From the NCBI RefSeq assembly GCF_028641065.1, contig NC_073378.1:56730001-56794000 (forward strand): a stretch of DNA of 64,000 bases. The letters are read 5' to 3'. A model generated the notes under the pieces. That model saw only the letters and a list, made by a program, of their open reading frames with translations. It ran no database searches and had not been told where the DNA came from. This stretch comes from Leucoraja erinacea (lineage: Eukaryota). Position numbers and translations under genes: made by a program. This document shows, piece after piece, positions 24,301-36,334 of this stretch; within the stretch, counting starts at the first letter, position 1; each line of letters starts with the position of its first letter.

Positions 24301-26043
24301 GTGTTGCTTCCCCTCTTCTGAGCGGGAAGAATTGAAATGCAAACCTGAGTCAGGTTTTGCTTCCCCTCTTCTGAGCGGGAGATATAACGCAACCCTGAGC
24401 CAGGTGTTGCTTCCACAGGCTCTGAGTGGAGCAGCATGTAAGTGTCTCCTGAGCCAGGAGCACAATTGTATTATATACTGACTGGACAGGTCGCACCTGC
24501 TAATGACTCCAAGTTCGGACTTGCACCCTTCCAGGGCCTCAACGGAGTCTAGAGGGGAGGAATATAACGCAACCCTGAGCCAGGTGTTGCTTCCTACAGG
24601 CATCTGGCTGGCTCCCTTTTTGAGCCTCAATGGAGGTGTCTGCACTTCTGCACCCGTCAGCTCTCTGTGACCAGTCGCCTGCTCCCTTGGAGCCCCAAAG
24701 TGGAGGTGAGCTTCAATGGTGGTAGCTGCACTGGCCGTGCCGTCTGCCTACTGAATCTGGCCACTTGCTCCCACTCGGAGCTTAACGGCGGTAGCTGCAC
24801 CGGCCGAGCCGTCAGCTTATTGAATGCGGCCGCCTGCTCCTTTACGGAGCCTCTTCCAGCCACCTGATCCTTTTCGGAGCCTCCACGGCAATAGTTGCAC
24901 AGGCTGTGCCAGCTTCTCCGGGCACGCTGCACCTATTTTTGGAGCAGCAGCCCTTTCCTGAAACAAAATTCTTTACCTGCCAGCGTCTCTGAACCCTGGT
25001 CGCCCCCTTTGTTGGAGCTTCAGGGAAGTTCCATTGCAGACCAAGTCTGACCACATCTTGAGCCCCATGCTTGCCAAACAGCTCCCTTCTGGAGCTGAAA
25101 AGCGACATTGCTGTGCAAGACACGTCCGCCAGCATTTCTGAGCCCAATAGGACAGACTGCTCCTTCGGCCTACAGCCTGTTTGGAGCCTTGCTGGAGCTT
25201 ACTGTGAAGGGCACGCTACCAGTTTTACTCCCAGCCTGGTTAGCCAGGTTTCTCCTTTGGGCCCCTTCTGTTCCTTCGGAGCCTTAGTACTCTGAGATTA
25301 ATTCAACAGCCTTCTGCCTTTTTTGGCAGATTGCGCTGCCAGTTTCTCCCAGCCTGGATGGACAGGCTACTCGTTTGGCCAGCTGCTCCTTCGGAGCCTC
25401 AGCGGGGCTCACTGGACAGGTCACACCTGCCAGTGCTGTAAGCCTGAACCAACAGACTGCTAATGCGGGGCCAGCTAGACTCCCGACTGCTCCTTTCTGG
25501 AGCTTCAACAGAGGAAGCTGTACGGGTAACGCCCTTCAGCTTCACCGTGTACCCTTCTGGAGCCTCCACCTTCTGGAGGTGTCTGAACAGTTTGCGCCCA
25601 TCAACTTCTCCGCGGTCAGCTGCCTTCTCCCATCCGGAGCCTTACTGGCAGCAGCTGCACGGGTCACGCCCGTTAGCATTCCTAATTCAGGCCGCCTGCT
25701 TTCGTTCGGAGCCTCAAGGCAGCAGCTGTATGGGCCGCGCCCGACAGTTTTACTGATGCCGACCGCCTGCTCCCATCCGGAGCCTCACCGGCGACTTCAT
25801 CAAGTCCGGTCGCCTGCTCCTGTTCGGAGCTCCAACTGCGGCAGCTGCACAGGCTGCGCCCGTCAGCTTCTCCGGGCCTGCTGCACCTATTTTCGGAGCA
25901 GCGGCCCATTCCTGAAACAAAATTGTCTTACCTGCCAGAGCAGTTTCGAACTGCTCCGATTCCCACGCCATGCGTCGACGTATTGACTCGCATGCAGGCT
26001 GGCGGGCTCTTCACGTAGTCACTCACGTGACTTTGATATAAAA
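21339..26043 (-). mobile_element. Full-length but decayed DIRS1-type tyrosine-recombinase retrotransposon
   Basis: ITRs 21404-21443 and 25985-26023; ICR 21568-21661 complementary to both termini; minus-strand relics FKMD, SIDLEDAYFS (RT) and FKSHS (YR). Confidence 0.85.
24690..25940. repeat. Degenerate ~70-bp GC-rich repeats in the DIRS 5' region
   Basis: recurrent ggagc(c/t)tca..ggc.g.agctgcac.ggccg.gcc units; ~100-bp direct repeat at ~24885 and ~25838. Confidence 0.75.
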
Positions 26044-27349
26044 TGTTGCAGTTGGCAATCAACCTACTTCAGCGTATACAAGACCGTTATACAGACATAA
26101 AAGTATATGCCACAGGAAGAGACATTTCTGGTCTTGTGTCCAAACAATACTTGACAAAATTAATTCTACCTTCCAGCTCTTGATCCACAGCCCTGCAGGT
26201 ATCCCATTAGGCATTTCTTAAAAGTGGTGAGAACTTTTGCCTCCGCCATCCATTCAAGCAATAAAATCCACACCTCCACCATTCATTGAGTGAAATGATG
26301 TTTTGTCAACTCCCCGCCTATTTAGCTTTCTTCTACAATGAGTGTTTAGCATTTTGAACATATCGTCTGATAACTTTATGGAGGCAAATTCAATTGTGGT
26401 TTTCAACAGCAATTTGATTCAGCATTTCGAAAGAATATTAGTGTAGGGAATAGTGAGTGACTACATTTATTCCCTTTACTACATTGATTTAAATGGAGGG
26501 CTTCCTTCCATGCTGTTTCTATTCTGTGATTCTAATGCTATGACATGATGTTGACTGTTTAAAATGCACAGTTCTTTCCATGTGTAGAAATATCTCACTT
26601 TCTTTTCTGTTGGAAATGTATCCTGCAATCTGTTCAAAACCAGGAAACGGTATCACAAACAGAAAAGGAATGCTTTTGACATATGTTTGCCTTTTTTTGG
26701 AGGGGGAGGGGGGGATCTTCAAATGATGCATAAAAAAGGTTGCTGACAACCGAAGTGAGAATGCATCACTTTGTATAATATTGGAATAGCAATCAGTGTA
26801 AATGATAAATCATGTGAAAAATAGAGCAAAAACAAAACGCTCAATTAAGTTAATTGTCAGATGTGGTCAAAGATTCATCAGCTGCTTGCTACCACAAATA
26901 TTTTGTAAAATAATGAATCAGAACTGTGCAGGATGATTTATTGGCTGCCACTTGACACCAAGGGACACAAAACAGAGACAAATATATTGTTTTTGACATC
27001 ATTTTTCAGTTCAAGCCCATTCAACTGCAGCATAATATTAGCAGATGATCAAACAATCCTCAGCTGAATGTGTTTGTTATTTAAGGGTTCATCTTGAGTA
27101 CCAAAAGGTTGGTGAGATTCAGGTACAAACGACAACTACAATTAAAAATGTATCCCATAGTACCTGGGTTGACCGGTCTTGTTTGCGTTCTATACATTCT
27201 ATGTTTTTCTTTGCCATTGCATTATATTTTCTGCGCTATAACATTCCAATTCTGTGGCACATTATATTGTAGAGCAAAGCTATGGAGCGTGCAGCAAATG
27301 TAATATTGGATACTCTCTGTCTCTTTAGGACTTATTCATCCATCAAATT

Positions 27350-27730
27350 CAGTGATGCACTGTGAGGTCATTCTTTTAATTTGCATGCAATTCTATGTAC
27401 TTGTGTTTCTAACACCTATGTACTTGTCCCGCAAGCCAGGTCCTCCTTTGTCCATTGTTCTTCCCCCCTCCCTTCACCACCACCAGGCCCCACCGCTGTC
27501 GACACCCCACTTCTCATCGTTAGCCGGAGCTATCATTGACCACCGTACCGACCTCTCCACTAACCCTGTGGAGTCCTGTCCTAAGGCCTCCATGGCGCCG
27601 AACCGGGCTCCGCCAACACGGGCTCCGCCTATCTGGGCTCCGACCCACGAGGCCCCGGCCAGGCTCCGACCCGGGATTCTCCGTGGCAATCCGGGAGGTA
27701 TCGAGACCGCCGTGCATCGATAGAGAGAGA
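27350..27730 (-). mobile_element. GC-rich retroposon, same family as 10405-10779
   Basis: minus strand gaagtggggtgtcgacagcggtggggcc...ggggggaagaacaatggacaaagg matches 10417-10580. Confidence 0.55.
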
Positions 27731-28010
27731 GAGAGACTTGCTTTAATCTAGCAGCATTATGGCTGGTCATTGGGAGAGGGGAAGCTCACAGGCACGGTCC
27801 TTTACATGCAATGACAAGTGAGCTCAATATTGCAGACGTATTTGCCAATGGTGAGCCCATTAACCATTAAGTTCCATCTGATGCTATGGACAGGGGGTGA
27901 TGTTTCATAAATGTCAGAAGTCCTTTCTTGTGTAAGCAGTCGTTCACTGCATTACCGGTGGACCACAGTGAAAATCTTTATTTTGCATACAGTACAACAG
28001 TATGTAGACA

Positions 28011-28235
28011 GTTACACAGAAAAGCTGGAGAAACTCAGCGGGTGCAGCAGCATCTATGGAGCGAAGGAAATAGGCAACGTTTCGGGCCGAAACCCTTCTT
28101 CAGACAGTCTGAAGAAGGGTTTCGGCCCGAAACGTTGCCTATTTCCTTCGCTCATAGATGCTGCTGCACCCGCTGAGTTTCTCCAGCTTTTCTGTGTAAC
28201 CTTCGATTCTCCAGCATCTGCAGTTCCCTCTTAAA
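28011..28235 (+). mobile_element. Penelope-type insertion with 5' inversion (190-bp foldback) and 17-bp TSD
   Basis: arms 28011-28105 and 28107-28200 differ by one indel; aacagtatgtagacagt at 27996-28012 and 28236-28252. Confidence 0.85.
28109..28140 (+). ncRNA. Minimal type-I hammerhead ribozyme motif (mirror copy on the - strand at 28072-28103)
   Basis: CTGAAGA a GGG tttcgg CCC GAAA CG TT; palindromic AACGTT in place of stem III; stem I only ~2 bp in this copy. Confidence 0.5.
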
Positions 28236-28334
28236 AACAGTATGTAGACAGTCGCCACTTAAAGAGCAGCAACAAAGTTACAAAAGTATTCAATATAGTC
28301 CATCTTTGTTACACTGTATCCACACAATCACCAG

Positions 28335-28572
28335 TTTTCACTAGTTCTATGCTATTGCACTTTTCCATCCACTCCCTGTACACTAGAGGCAATCTACAGA
28401 GGCCTAAAAACGGACACATCTTTGGGATGAGAGGAAATCAGCGTACTTGAAAGAAACTCACATGGTCACAGGGAGAAAGTGCAAACTCCACACCGACAGC
28501 ATCCGAGGTCAGGATCGAACCTGGGTCTCTGGTGCTGTGAGACAGCAGCCACACTAGCTGCACCACTGTGCC
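28335..28572 (-). mobile_element. HE1-like tRNA-derived V-SINE
   Basis: minus strand A-box-like head, gggttcgatcc-like B box and V-domain gagtttgcactttctccctgtgacc. Confidence 0.75.
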
Positions 28573-29394
28573 TCCCTGTGTTGCAATGTTAGCAGTGTCT
28601 TCCCTCTCACGTCATGTTTTCAAAGATGGGCAATGTAATTACCTTCGGTTCCAACTAATACTTACTTCCCAATTAATTTCACGTAAAACAGGACTTCTAA
28701 TCATTATGCAATGCAATTTGCGGACCCTTGCAGTGTGCATATTAACTACTACATTTTATACATGACAAAAGTATTTTGTTGATTGTAAAATAGTTTGGTA
28801 TGCAATGACTTTAAATCTTTCATGATTGCACAATGTAAATTGAACTTCTTTCTTCACCTACTTTATTTCATTATTGTTCTTTGAACTTTTGTTCTGACCT
28901 AAATTGCGGCTGTCATGATCCTTTTGGGATGTCTGTTTTATTTTAAATGGAGCAACTTAATACTTAATTCTCCATTTAAAGGCACAAGCGATCTTATGAT
29001 ATTAAAAAAAAAGCCTCCAGCCCATCAGACTCGATTCATCTACAGACCTTGTAACATGTCCTATATTTTCTACAGTAACGCCAAAGATAACCCATTTAAA
29101 ATAAGTGGGTTACTATCAACTCTGGCCAGTGTACTCTATGAAGTTAAAGTCTCCAGAATATTGACCCATTATTATTTTTGCACCATACACCATACAATCT
29201 TCATTTCTGTGATCAAATGAATTATTGCCTTAATACATAAGAATCACTGGCAATGATTTTAAGCAACCTCCCTCCTTCCACATCGTCAATTCACAGTAAA
29301 GGCTAAGGCACAGGGTTAAAGACTTGAATGGTGGCATCAATTGGCCTTATTCCTATCCACTGCATTAATTCTGGCTTTGTATTAATTGATTGAA

Positions 29395-29645
29395 CAAACA
29401 GAAACAGGACCAAACTGGGTACATGATGACCATAGATGATGTTCTTTGATATCCCATTTCCACATTAATTCCCTACAGATTAAGGGCAATTTACAGGGGT
29501 CAATTAACCAACAAACCCGCATGTCTTTTGGGATCTGAGAGGAAGCTGCAGCACCTGGAGGAAACCCACACAATCACAGGGGGAGTGTGCAAATTCCACC
29601 CAAGCAGCACTCAAGGTTAGCTATAACAACTGTGCCACTGTGCCA
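29395..29645 (-). mobile_element. HE1-like V-SINE (degraded)
   Basis: gggtttcctccaggtgctgc...gtaaattgccc V-domain on the minus strand. Confidence 0.65.
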
Positions 29646-29939
29646 CCTCTATGATGCTGCAGCTTTAAGGAAGTAGAGCTAATAATTATTTAAAAGTTGG
29701 ATGATAATCTCATTCAGGACTGGCAGTGTAAGTCTTGAACCAAATACCATCAATTTGGAGGAGCTAATTGTACATTCAAAAGACGTTCAAGGTTTTTCTG
29801 GACCCAATTAAATAAAAGTGGTTGATTCAGCTGAACTCAGACATTCTTGGACGCAACTTCAGAGTTGATGATGTGCCTAGTACATCATACAATTCAACCT
29901 CCTCTCCTTCATTCCCCCTCCCCTGCACCCATTGATTCT

Positions 29940-30170
29940 ACCTGTACCACACACTGCCTCGGGAAAGCAGGAACATAACCAAGGACCATCTTCATCTGTG
30001 TGCATTGAATATAAGAATCAGGAAGTCATGATGTAGCATTATAGCACTTTGGTTAGGCCATATTTGGAGTATTTATTGCATGCAGTTCTGGTCGCCCTCT
30101 CACAGGAAAGATGTGGAGGCTTTGGAAAGGGTGCAGAGGAGGTTTACCAGAATGTTGTCTAGATCTGTAC
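29940..30170 (+). mobile_element. Rex1 and CR1 fragments
   Basis: HCLGKAG then LVRPYLEY..QFWSP..KDVEALERVQRRFTRML. Confidence 0.65.
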
Positions 30171-30249
30171 CTCTCTAGATTTGTTTTCATGATAGTCTTT
30201 GGGAAGTTCAATGCACTGAAGGATTTTCAGGAGTTTACACCTCACTTAC

Positions 30250-30305
30250 ATGGTTGAGGTCTGAAGTCCAATGTTGGCAGATTTCAACAATATATAACCA
30301 GTGAG
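30250..30305 (-). CDS. Candidate internal exon (56 nt)
   Basis: minus strand ttctggtttacag|...|gtaagtg; frame xHWLYIVEICQHWTSDLNH ends in phase 0. Confidence 0.22.
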
Positions 30306-31894
30306 CTGTAAACCAGAACATTTTTTTTGTGTGGGCTGTGTTAGAGTTGGCTGATTATGAGATATGCCTGAGGCTTTCTCTGTCAAAACATTAAGCAACG
30401 ATGGAGGGCCTGATTTGATTTTCTTTATTATTATAGCTTACCAGGAATGAAGGAGAATGAGGAAATTAAAATTTATTATTTAACTTTTTAAAATATAACC
30501 AATTTTGTTTTCTGATGTAACAACTGAAGTTGCAAAAATATGCAGCAGCTTCTGACAGGTTTGACATTTTGATTGTGTAGCCTCTATCACATCTGGAGAT
30601 TGAACACCCTGAACTTTTTTTGCGTTTATTATATGGTTTAGAGAGTACTAAGTTTACATATTCTGTTGTGTTGCTGCAAGTAAGAATTGCATTGTTCTAA
30701 CAGACATATGACAATAAAACACTCTTTACTCTTGACTCTTAATACTCAGCACTTCCTCAACATTTCATCCTGTGTTCCTATTTTCATCATTTGCAGTTTT
30801 TATCTCTTTTCATTATCACTCATACTTTCCCTTCTCAATTTTTTCCACCCAAGATCAAATGCCTTCAAACCACACTCCAAACCTACCTATACATAAAACA
30901 TTTACTTTTTAACAAACCTGCTATGACAGAAAAATGTAAATCATTTTAACAGAACAGAAACAACCTCAAAAATCTATTGGTTTGACTTTCCCACAACATG
31001 AACTTTTGTTGAACAGTCACAAATGCTAGTATTCAATTTATCAAATATTACCATACAAATACTTTGAATTTTGTACATTTGTATAAACTTCTTCCTACTA
31101 TAATCAAGCCATTACATAGATTTTGAATTGGTTGTAATAATAATTTCATGGAATTAATGAATCTTACAATATGGAATCCAATTAAAGCACATGCCTCTTT
31201 GAAAGAGCTATTAGTCCTACCTCCTGCCCTTCCGCAATGGACTTTAAATCTTTTCAAGCATATATTCTCTTTTGAAAGTTGTGATTTAATGTGCTTCTAG
31301 GGTCCTTTCAGACAGCTTCTAATAATGAGTGATTCCATTATGGTGGGAAGCAGTGGATGTGCACATCAATGTGTAAAGCATTCAAATGCTAATACTCAAA
31401 GGGCTCAATTTTGAGGCATAATTTGGCAAAATTGTTTTTTTCATGAACTGCTCTGTTTTCAAATTTGACATCCGCCAAGTCTTTTGTGACGGTAGTTTGA
31501 AATGATGTAGAAAATGAAAGAAAATATGCCACTTAAATCTGATTGTTGAACAATTGGTTACAACGTGGTGGCCCTGGAGTTGCTCAAGGTCTCCCCACAT
31601 GGATTCTCAATAACATTGTACAGTACAAGCTTGCCACAGGGAAACAATGACAGCAACAGATTCAATTTATATAGTGCCTCTAATGTGGCAAATATCCCAA
31701 GGTGCTCCGCATGAGCTATATTACTCCCATAAGGGACGATGATCAGAAGTTTTGCCGAGAGGGAAGAAGGATTAAGAGGAAAGAAGGGTAAAGAAAGAAG
31801 GTAATTCTATAAAATACTTACAGTTCTAGACTGTAACAAATGAAGGCATTGCTGGCAATACTCAACAGTTAGGTTTGGGGACAATCAACATGTT

Positions 31895-32535
31895 AGAGAA
31901 AAGGCACACAATGTTGGACAAACTCAGCAGGTCAAGCAGTATCCACAGAGAACATGGATAGGTGACATCCCCAATCATATCCATGTTTAGTGTGAAGAAG
32001 GGTCTCGACTCAAAACGTCACCTATTCCTTTTCTCCAGAGATGCTGTCCAACCCTCTGAGTTACTCCAGCTTTTTGTGTCTATCTTCAGTTTAAACCATC
32101 ATCTGGGGTTTCTTCCTACACATGTTTAGTTTAGTTTAGTATAGAAATACAGTGCAGAAAAAGGCCCTTCGGCCCACCAAATCCACGCCGACCAGCGATC
32201 TCCGTACACTTACACTATCTTACACACAATCATTGGATAATTTACAATTATACCAAACCAATTAGCCTACACACCTGCACGACCTTGGAGTGAGGGAGGA
32301 AACCGAAGATCCAGGGGAAAAGTCGCGTAGGTCACGGGGAGAACGTACAAACTCTGTACAGACTGCACCCATAGCCAGGATCAAGCCTGGGTCTGTGGTG
32401 CTGTAAGGCAGCAACTCTACCGCAGTGCCACTTTGCTGCCCGTGTTCTCCAGGCATGTTGCCTGGCTCGCTGAGTACTCCAACATTTTATGTCTTTCCTT
32501 GGTAAACCAGCATTTGCAGGCCTTTGTTTCTACAT
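31895..32535. mobile_element. Nested cluster: Penelope foldback > V-SINE (32131-32440, -) > Penelope copy (31992-32120, +)
   Basis: catgtttagt duplicated at 31982-31991 and 32121-32130; outer repeat split at ccatgtt/ccgtgtt. Confidence 0.7.
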
Positions 32536-32557
32536 ATCAAAATGACAGAATTGGATA

Positions 32558-32950
32558 GTTTAATTTAGTTTATTGTAACATGTTCCGAGGTACAGTGAAA
32601 AGCTTTTTTTTTTGTTGGGTGTTATCCTGTCAGTGGAAAGACTATACATGATTACAATCAAGCCATCCACAGTTTGCTGATACAGGATAAAGGGAATAAC
32701 ATTTAGTGCAAGATAAAGTCCAGTAAAGTATGATTGAAGATAGTCTGAGGGTCTCCATTGGGGTATTCGGCAGTTCAGGACTGCTCTCTCGTTGGTGATA
32801 GGATGGTTCAGTTGGCTGATAACACCAGGGAAGAAACTGTCCATGAATCTGGAGGTGTGCGTTTTCACAATTCTGTACCTCTTGCCTGATGGGAGAGTGG
32901 AGAAGGGGAAGTGTCCAGGGGTGAGACTTGTCCTTGATTATGCTGGTTCC
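32558..32950 (-). mobile_element. Rex1/Babar LINE 3' end
   Basis: KTHTSRFMDSFFPGVISQLN and tail ttttcactgtacctcgga.catgt.acaataaa. Confidence 0.8.
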
Positions 32951-33111
32951 CTTGGATATGCTGATACCTGGGAATAATGGATGCAGAGAAAGGGAGCAGC
33001 AAAGCCATGGGGGAATTTGAAATCATGGCTAAGCATGTTATAATTGAGAATGATTGAGCCCAGTGCTGATAGAGGTTGCTAAACACGGAGATAAATAAGT
33101 GATGAACATTG

Positions 33112-34985
33112 TTTAGGTTAGTTTAGTTTAATTTAAGTTTAGATACTGCGCGGAAACAGGCCCTTCGGCCCACCGAGTCCGCACTGACCAGTGATCCTGC
33201 ACATTAAGGAAGTAGCTCCTGAAATAGTGGATGCATTAGCGATAATGTTTCAAAACTCTTTAGATTCTGGAGTAGTTGATGAGGATTGGAGGGTAGCTAA
33301 TGTAACCCCACTTTTTAAAAAGGGAGGGAGAGAGTAAACGGGGAATTACAGATCAGTTAGTCTAACATCGGTAGTGGGGAAACTGCTAGAGTCAGTTATT
33401 AAGGATGGGATAGCAGCACATTTGGAAAGTGGTGAAATCATTGGACAAAGTCAGCATGGATTTACGAAAGGTAAATCATGTCTGACGAATCTTATAGAAT
33501 TTTTCGAGGATGTAACTAGTAGAGTGGATAAGGGAGAACCAGCGGATGTGTTATATCTGGACTTCCAGAAGGCTTTCGACAAGGTCCCACATAAGAGATT
33601 AGTATACAAACTTAAAGCACACGGTATTGAGGGTTCAGTATTGATGTGGATAGAGAACTGGCTGGCAAACAGGAAGCAAAGAATGCCACAATGGGTCCTT
33701 TTCAGAATGGCAGGCAGTGACCAGTGGGGTATTGCAAGGCTCAGTGCTGGGACCCCAGCTATTTACAATATATATTAATGATTTGGACGAGGGAATTGAA
33801 TGCAACATCTCCAAGTTTGCGGATGACACAAAGCTGGGGGGCAGTGTTAGCTGTGAGGAGGATGCTAGGAGGCTGCAAGGTGACTTGGATAGGCTGGGTG
33901 AGTGGGAAAATGTTTGGCAGATGCAATATAATGTGGATAAATGTGAGGTTATCCACTTTGGTGGTAAAAACAGGAAAGGAGACTATTATCTAAATGGTGG
34001 CCAATTAGGAAAATGGGGGATACAACGAGACCTGGGTGTCATGGTACACCAGTCATTGAAAGTAGGCATGCAGGTGCAGCAGGCAGTGAAGAAAGCGAAT
34101 GGTATGTTAGCTTTCATAGCAAAAGGATTTGAGTATAAGAGCAGGGAGGTTCTACTGCAGTTTTACAGGGTCTTGGTGAGACCACACCTGGAGTATTGTG
34201 TACTGTTTTGGTCTCCAAATCTGAGGAAGGACATTATTGCCATAGAGGGAGTGCAGAGAAGGTTCACCAGACTGATTCCTGGGATGTCAGGACTTTCATA
34301 TGAAGAAAGATTGGATAGACTAGGCTTGTACTAGCTAGAATTTAGGGGATTGAGGGGGGAACTTATAGAAACTTACAAAATTCTTAAGGGGTTGGACAGA
34401 CTAGGTGAAGGAAGATTGTTCCCGATGTTGGGGAAGTCCAGGACAAGGGGTCACAGCTTAAGGATAGAGCGGAAATCCTTTAGGACCGAGATGAGAAAAA
34501 CATTTTTTCACACAGAGAGTTGCGAATCTGTGGAACTCTCTGCCACAGAAGGTATTTGAGGCCAGTTAATTTGTTATATTTAAGAGGGAGTTAGATGTGG
34601 CCCTTGTGGCTAAAGGGATCAGGGGGTATGAAGAGAAAAGGCAGGTACAGGATACTGAATTGGATGATCAGCTATGATCATATTGAATGGCGGTGCAGGC
34701 TCGAAGGGTCGAATGTCCTACTCCTGCACTTATTTTCTATGTTTCTATGTTTCATTTAACACTACGCGACACACACAAGGGACAATTTTACATTTAAACC
34801 AAGCCAATTAATCTACAAACCTGTAAGTCTTTGGATTGTGGGAGGAAACGGAAGATTGCCAAGAAAGCCACCGTAGGCCATGGGGAGAACATACAAACTT
34901 TGTATAGACAAGCAACCGTAGTCAGGACTAAACCTGGGCCTCTGGTGCTGTAAGGCAGTAGCTCTACCACTATGCCACCATGCCA
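33112..34985 (-). mobile_element. HE1-like V-SINE split by a CR1 insertion
   Basis: tail half 33112-33207 and head half 34753-34985 join at gcacattaa|cactac. Confidence 0.75.
33208..34752 (+). mobile_element. CR1 LINE 3' 1.5 kb (relatively young)
   Basis: QHGFTKGKSCLTNL, YLDFQKAFDKVPH, QGSVLGP, KFADDTK; (ttctatgt)n tail. Confidence 0.92.
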
Positions 34986-35119
34986 CTCTTGCAAGTTACA
35001 CCATGGGTTGCAGTATTTGGATGCTCTCAAGGTAGGGTAGTGGCCGGTCATAAAGTAATAAATGGGACACCCTTATTTAAGTAGCATTTGGCTTAGAATA
35101 GGACAACCAAAATCCCTTT

Positions 35120-36176
35120 TACTAGGTATGTTACAATACTTACCTTCAGCGGCGCTGCAATTCTGCCACTGGCCGTGTGCGGGATTTTGGCGCATTTGAG
35201 GGGGGGGAGCTGGGTTAAAACACTTTTTTTAACCCTGGATTATATTTGCTGGTGTGCAAGATGTTGCTAAAGAATCGTTCCGACGGCTGTTCTATGTGTT
35301 TTTAAAAAGAAATTGCTGTCAATCGCTGGAGTGATTTTAAAATCAGCTTCTGAAGCCGTCAATGCCGACAATTGCCGGATTTTATGTAGGGGATAGGTAA
35401 AAGAAAGTAGTTTATTTTTATGTTTAAAAATGTTTCTTAAGATGCATTTAATTCACATTTTAAGTAGCGAAATGGTGATTTTATTCCCCGAAGAACCGGC
35501 AATTTGCTGCCGATATGGGGACCAAAATCACTGCAACCTCAACATTCCAAATGGTTGCGTTCCAGAAAATCCCACAGGCAAGTTGATTTAAATGGCCATA
35601 AATTTACAGATATTAAACATTGAATTCCTTCCATTTGGCCTATAAACCCATGACAATGAGATTTAAAAATTGTTATATTCTGAATTCTTGTGTGAATGTT
35701 ATTTGGACACTTAGGCTATTTAAAAATGTTCATCTATTCTTAAGAAATGGATAGATGTTTAGATCTAGTAATTGAATTTTTTAATTAGCTACAAGTAAAG
35801 TAAAGTAAAGTAAAGTAGCCTTTATTGTCATTCAGACCTTTCCTCCGCCCCCCTCCGCCACATGTGTGCCGAGGATTTTTCCCGTCGATGTAAAATGACA
35901 GAGATATTAATGTTTTTACAAAATTCCCCATTCTCTCTGCTGCCCCTGCTGGAGGGAGGAGGAGGGACTATAAAACCTGGAAGTGGTGTGCCTCAATCAG
36001 TCTCTGCAAGTGGTGTGCCTCAATCAGTCTCTGTAAGTGGTGTGCCTCAAACAGACTCTGAATAACACTGAACAAATGTCTTCACAGCTGTGAGTACCCG
36101 TAATGTGGTTTTGAAAATGAAAATATGGTTAGTTTGAGGAAAAAAGCACTGCCTGCAAATGGTTTTGGGTTGAAGT
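35120..36176. repeat. Unclassified interspersed repeat with 3x27-bp tandem (35981-36061) and a (gtaaa)n LINE tail at ~35795
   Basis: CpG-containing block unlike its flanks; aagtggtgtgcctcaatcagtctctg x3. Confidence 0.35.
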
Positions 36177-36334
36177 NNNNNNNNNNNNNNNNNNNNNNNN
36201 NNNNNNNNNNNNNNNNNNNNNNNNNNNNNNNNNNNNNNNNNNNNNNNNNNNNNNNNNNNNNNNNNNNNNNNNNNNNNNNNNNNNNNNNNNNNNNNNNNNN
36301 NNNNNNNNNNNNNNNNNNNNNNNNNNNNNNNNNN
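36177..36334. other. Assembly gap (158 N)
   Basis: run of n. Confidence 1.

Noticed and set aside
25375-25986. 203-aa ORF and neighbours as a host gene
   Set aside because: Antisense to the DIRS GC-rich repeat leader; composition-driven ORFs
35136-35145. ATACTTACCT resembling the U1 snRNA 5' end or a minus-strand splice donor
   Set aside because: No downstream U1 homology; lies in a repeat-like block
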